From assembly GCA_046563655.1 (NCBI GenBank), contig CM102283.1:4030001-4094000 (forward strand): a stretch of 64,000 nucleotides of DNA. The letters are read 5' to 3'. Position 1 is the stretch's first letter. The number at the start of each line of letters is the position of its first letter. The DNA is from Yuukianura sp. NJ FZ-2021. Lineage: Eukaryota. The notes under the pieces are model-generated. The model ran no database searches. It saw nothing but the letters and a program-made list of their open reading frames with translations, and was not told where the DNA came from. Of this stretch, positions 63,021 to 64,000 are shown piece by piece. Position numbers and translations under genes: made by a program.

Positions 63021-64000
63021 ATGGACTGACTGGCATGGAACCTCGGCCGCCCGGAAGGGGTCTCTGGGGCCCTTGACCCCACGGGGCAAACAGCGGTCTC
63101 CCCCGTGGGCCCTTCCTGAAACGGCGAACGCCTATTTCCGGCGTTACATTTGGTGCATTTGCCGAGATATGCGGCAGTCAGGAATGCCAGGAAGAGGAGG
63201 TCACACCAATCCTTGGACTACGTCGGACCGTCCCCAGTCAGGTTCGCTATTCAGAAAATAAATTACCTTATATTTGAGTGTTGGAATTGGGAACAGTAAC
63301 GTAGTTAATAATATAAAGAACAATAACGTTGTAAGGACAATAACGGTTGGAATTTAACGTAAGACATAGTAGTAAGGGACTCCTGTACCTCCACACTGAA
63401 AATAGAGCAGGTCGAGCTGATTCCTACGAAGCTACCTTCCACGGAAGTAACGGAGACCTAGTGCTATCCCCCCCTGGTGACCAAGTACCCAAATGCATCG
63501 AACAGGTACAATAGAGAAGGTGACCCTCGAAGAGGTGAAAGTCCTCTATTGTTACCACACACGCTCCCCAACTAGAAACGAAACTTAAATTCATGTTAAT
63601 TTAACGTTGGAATTGTGAAAAATCAGTGATGTTGTAAATTATAACCGGACTCTGTATTTACAACATAATTTCAACTATTAATTTAGAAGTTAAAATAACG
63701 TTGGGGTGATGTGTTTTTATAACAAGTTTACAACGCATCATTCTACAACTGTTACCAATTTTGCGAAAATAACCTAAATTTAACGTCGTTTTAACTTGTG
63801 GTGCTGTAGTAGGAGGCGCAACGTTATTTTCACCTCTTTTTCACATCGCTCCCGCTCTTCTCCTTAACCGGCATGACTGCTAGAAAAGGATAGTGAGACT
63901 CCAACAATGTGAGTTTGTGGAAGTGGTGCAGAGCATAGGAGTGAGGAAGAGACGGGAAGAGAAGGTGGGAGTGCAAAGCTCCACACGGGAGTTATTTTTT

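Overview
Compact eukaryotic genome, probably an arthropod (short GT-AG introns of about 55-90 bp, TCAGT initiator motifs; a hexapod such as a springtail is only a guess). 1-13.3 kb is gene-dense. On the minus strand are BLOC1S5/Muted and TMEM199/Vma12, only 22 nt apart (candidate dicistronic mRNA), followed by a large secreted protein with a degenerate chitin-binding domain and a Met/Ala/Ser/Gln/Gly-rich repeat tail that the ORF track misses because it runs off the window edge. On the plus strand are a 15-exon ASAP ArfGAP gene with one GC-AG intron and a small unknown gene whose reading frame is broken by one extra base. 13.5-58 kb holds two satellite arrays separated by a 100-N scaffold gap: a palindromic ~320-bp satellite carrying 52-bp sub-arrays, and a ~38-kb 155/157-bp centromere-like satellite with local higher-order repeats. 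58.5-64 kb is transposon-rich: an intact-looking DD41D Tc1/mariner inserted in a Helentron-like repeat, a lipocalin-like secreted gene with a truncated duplicate, a second Helentron-like element and a probable LTR with a possible self-priming site. All gene models were read by eye and no database searches were run.
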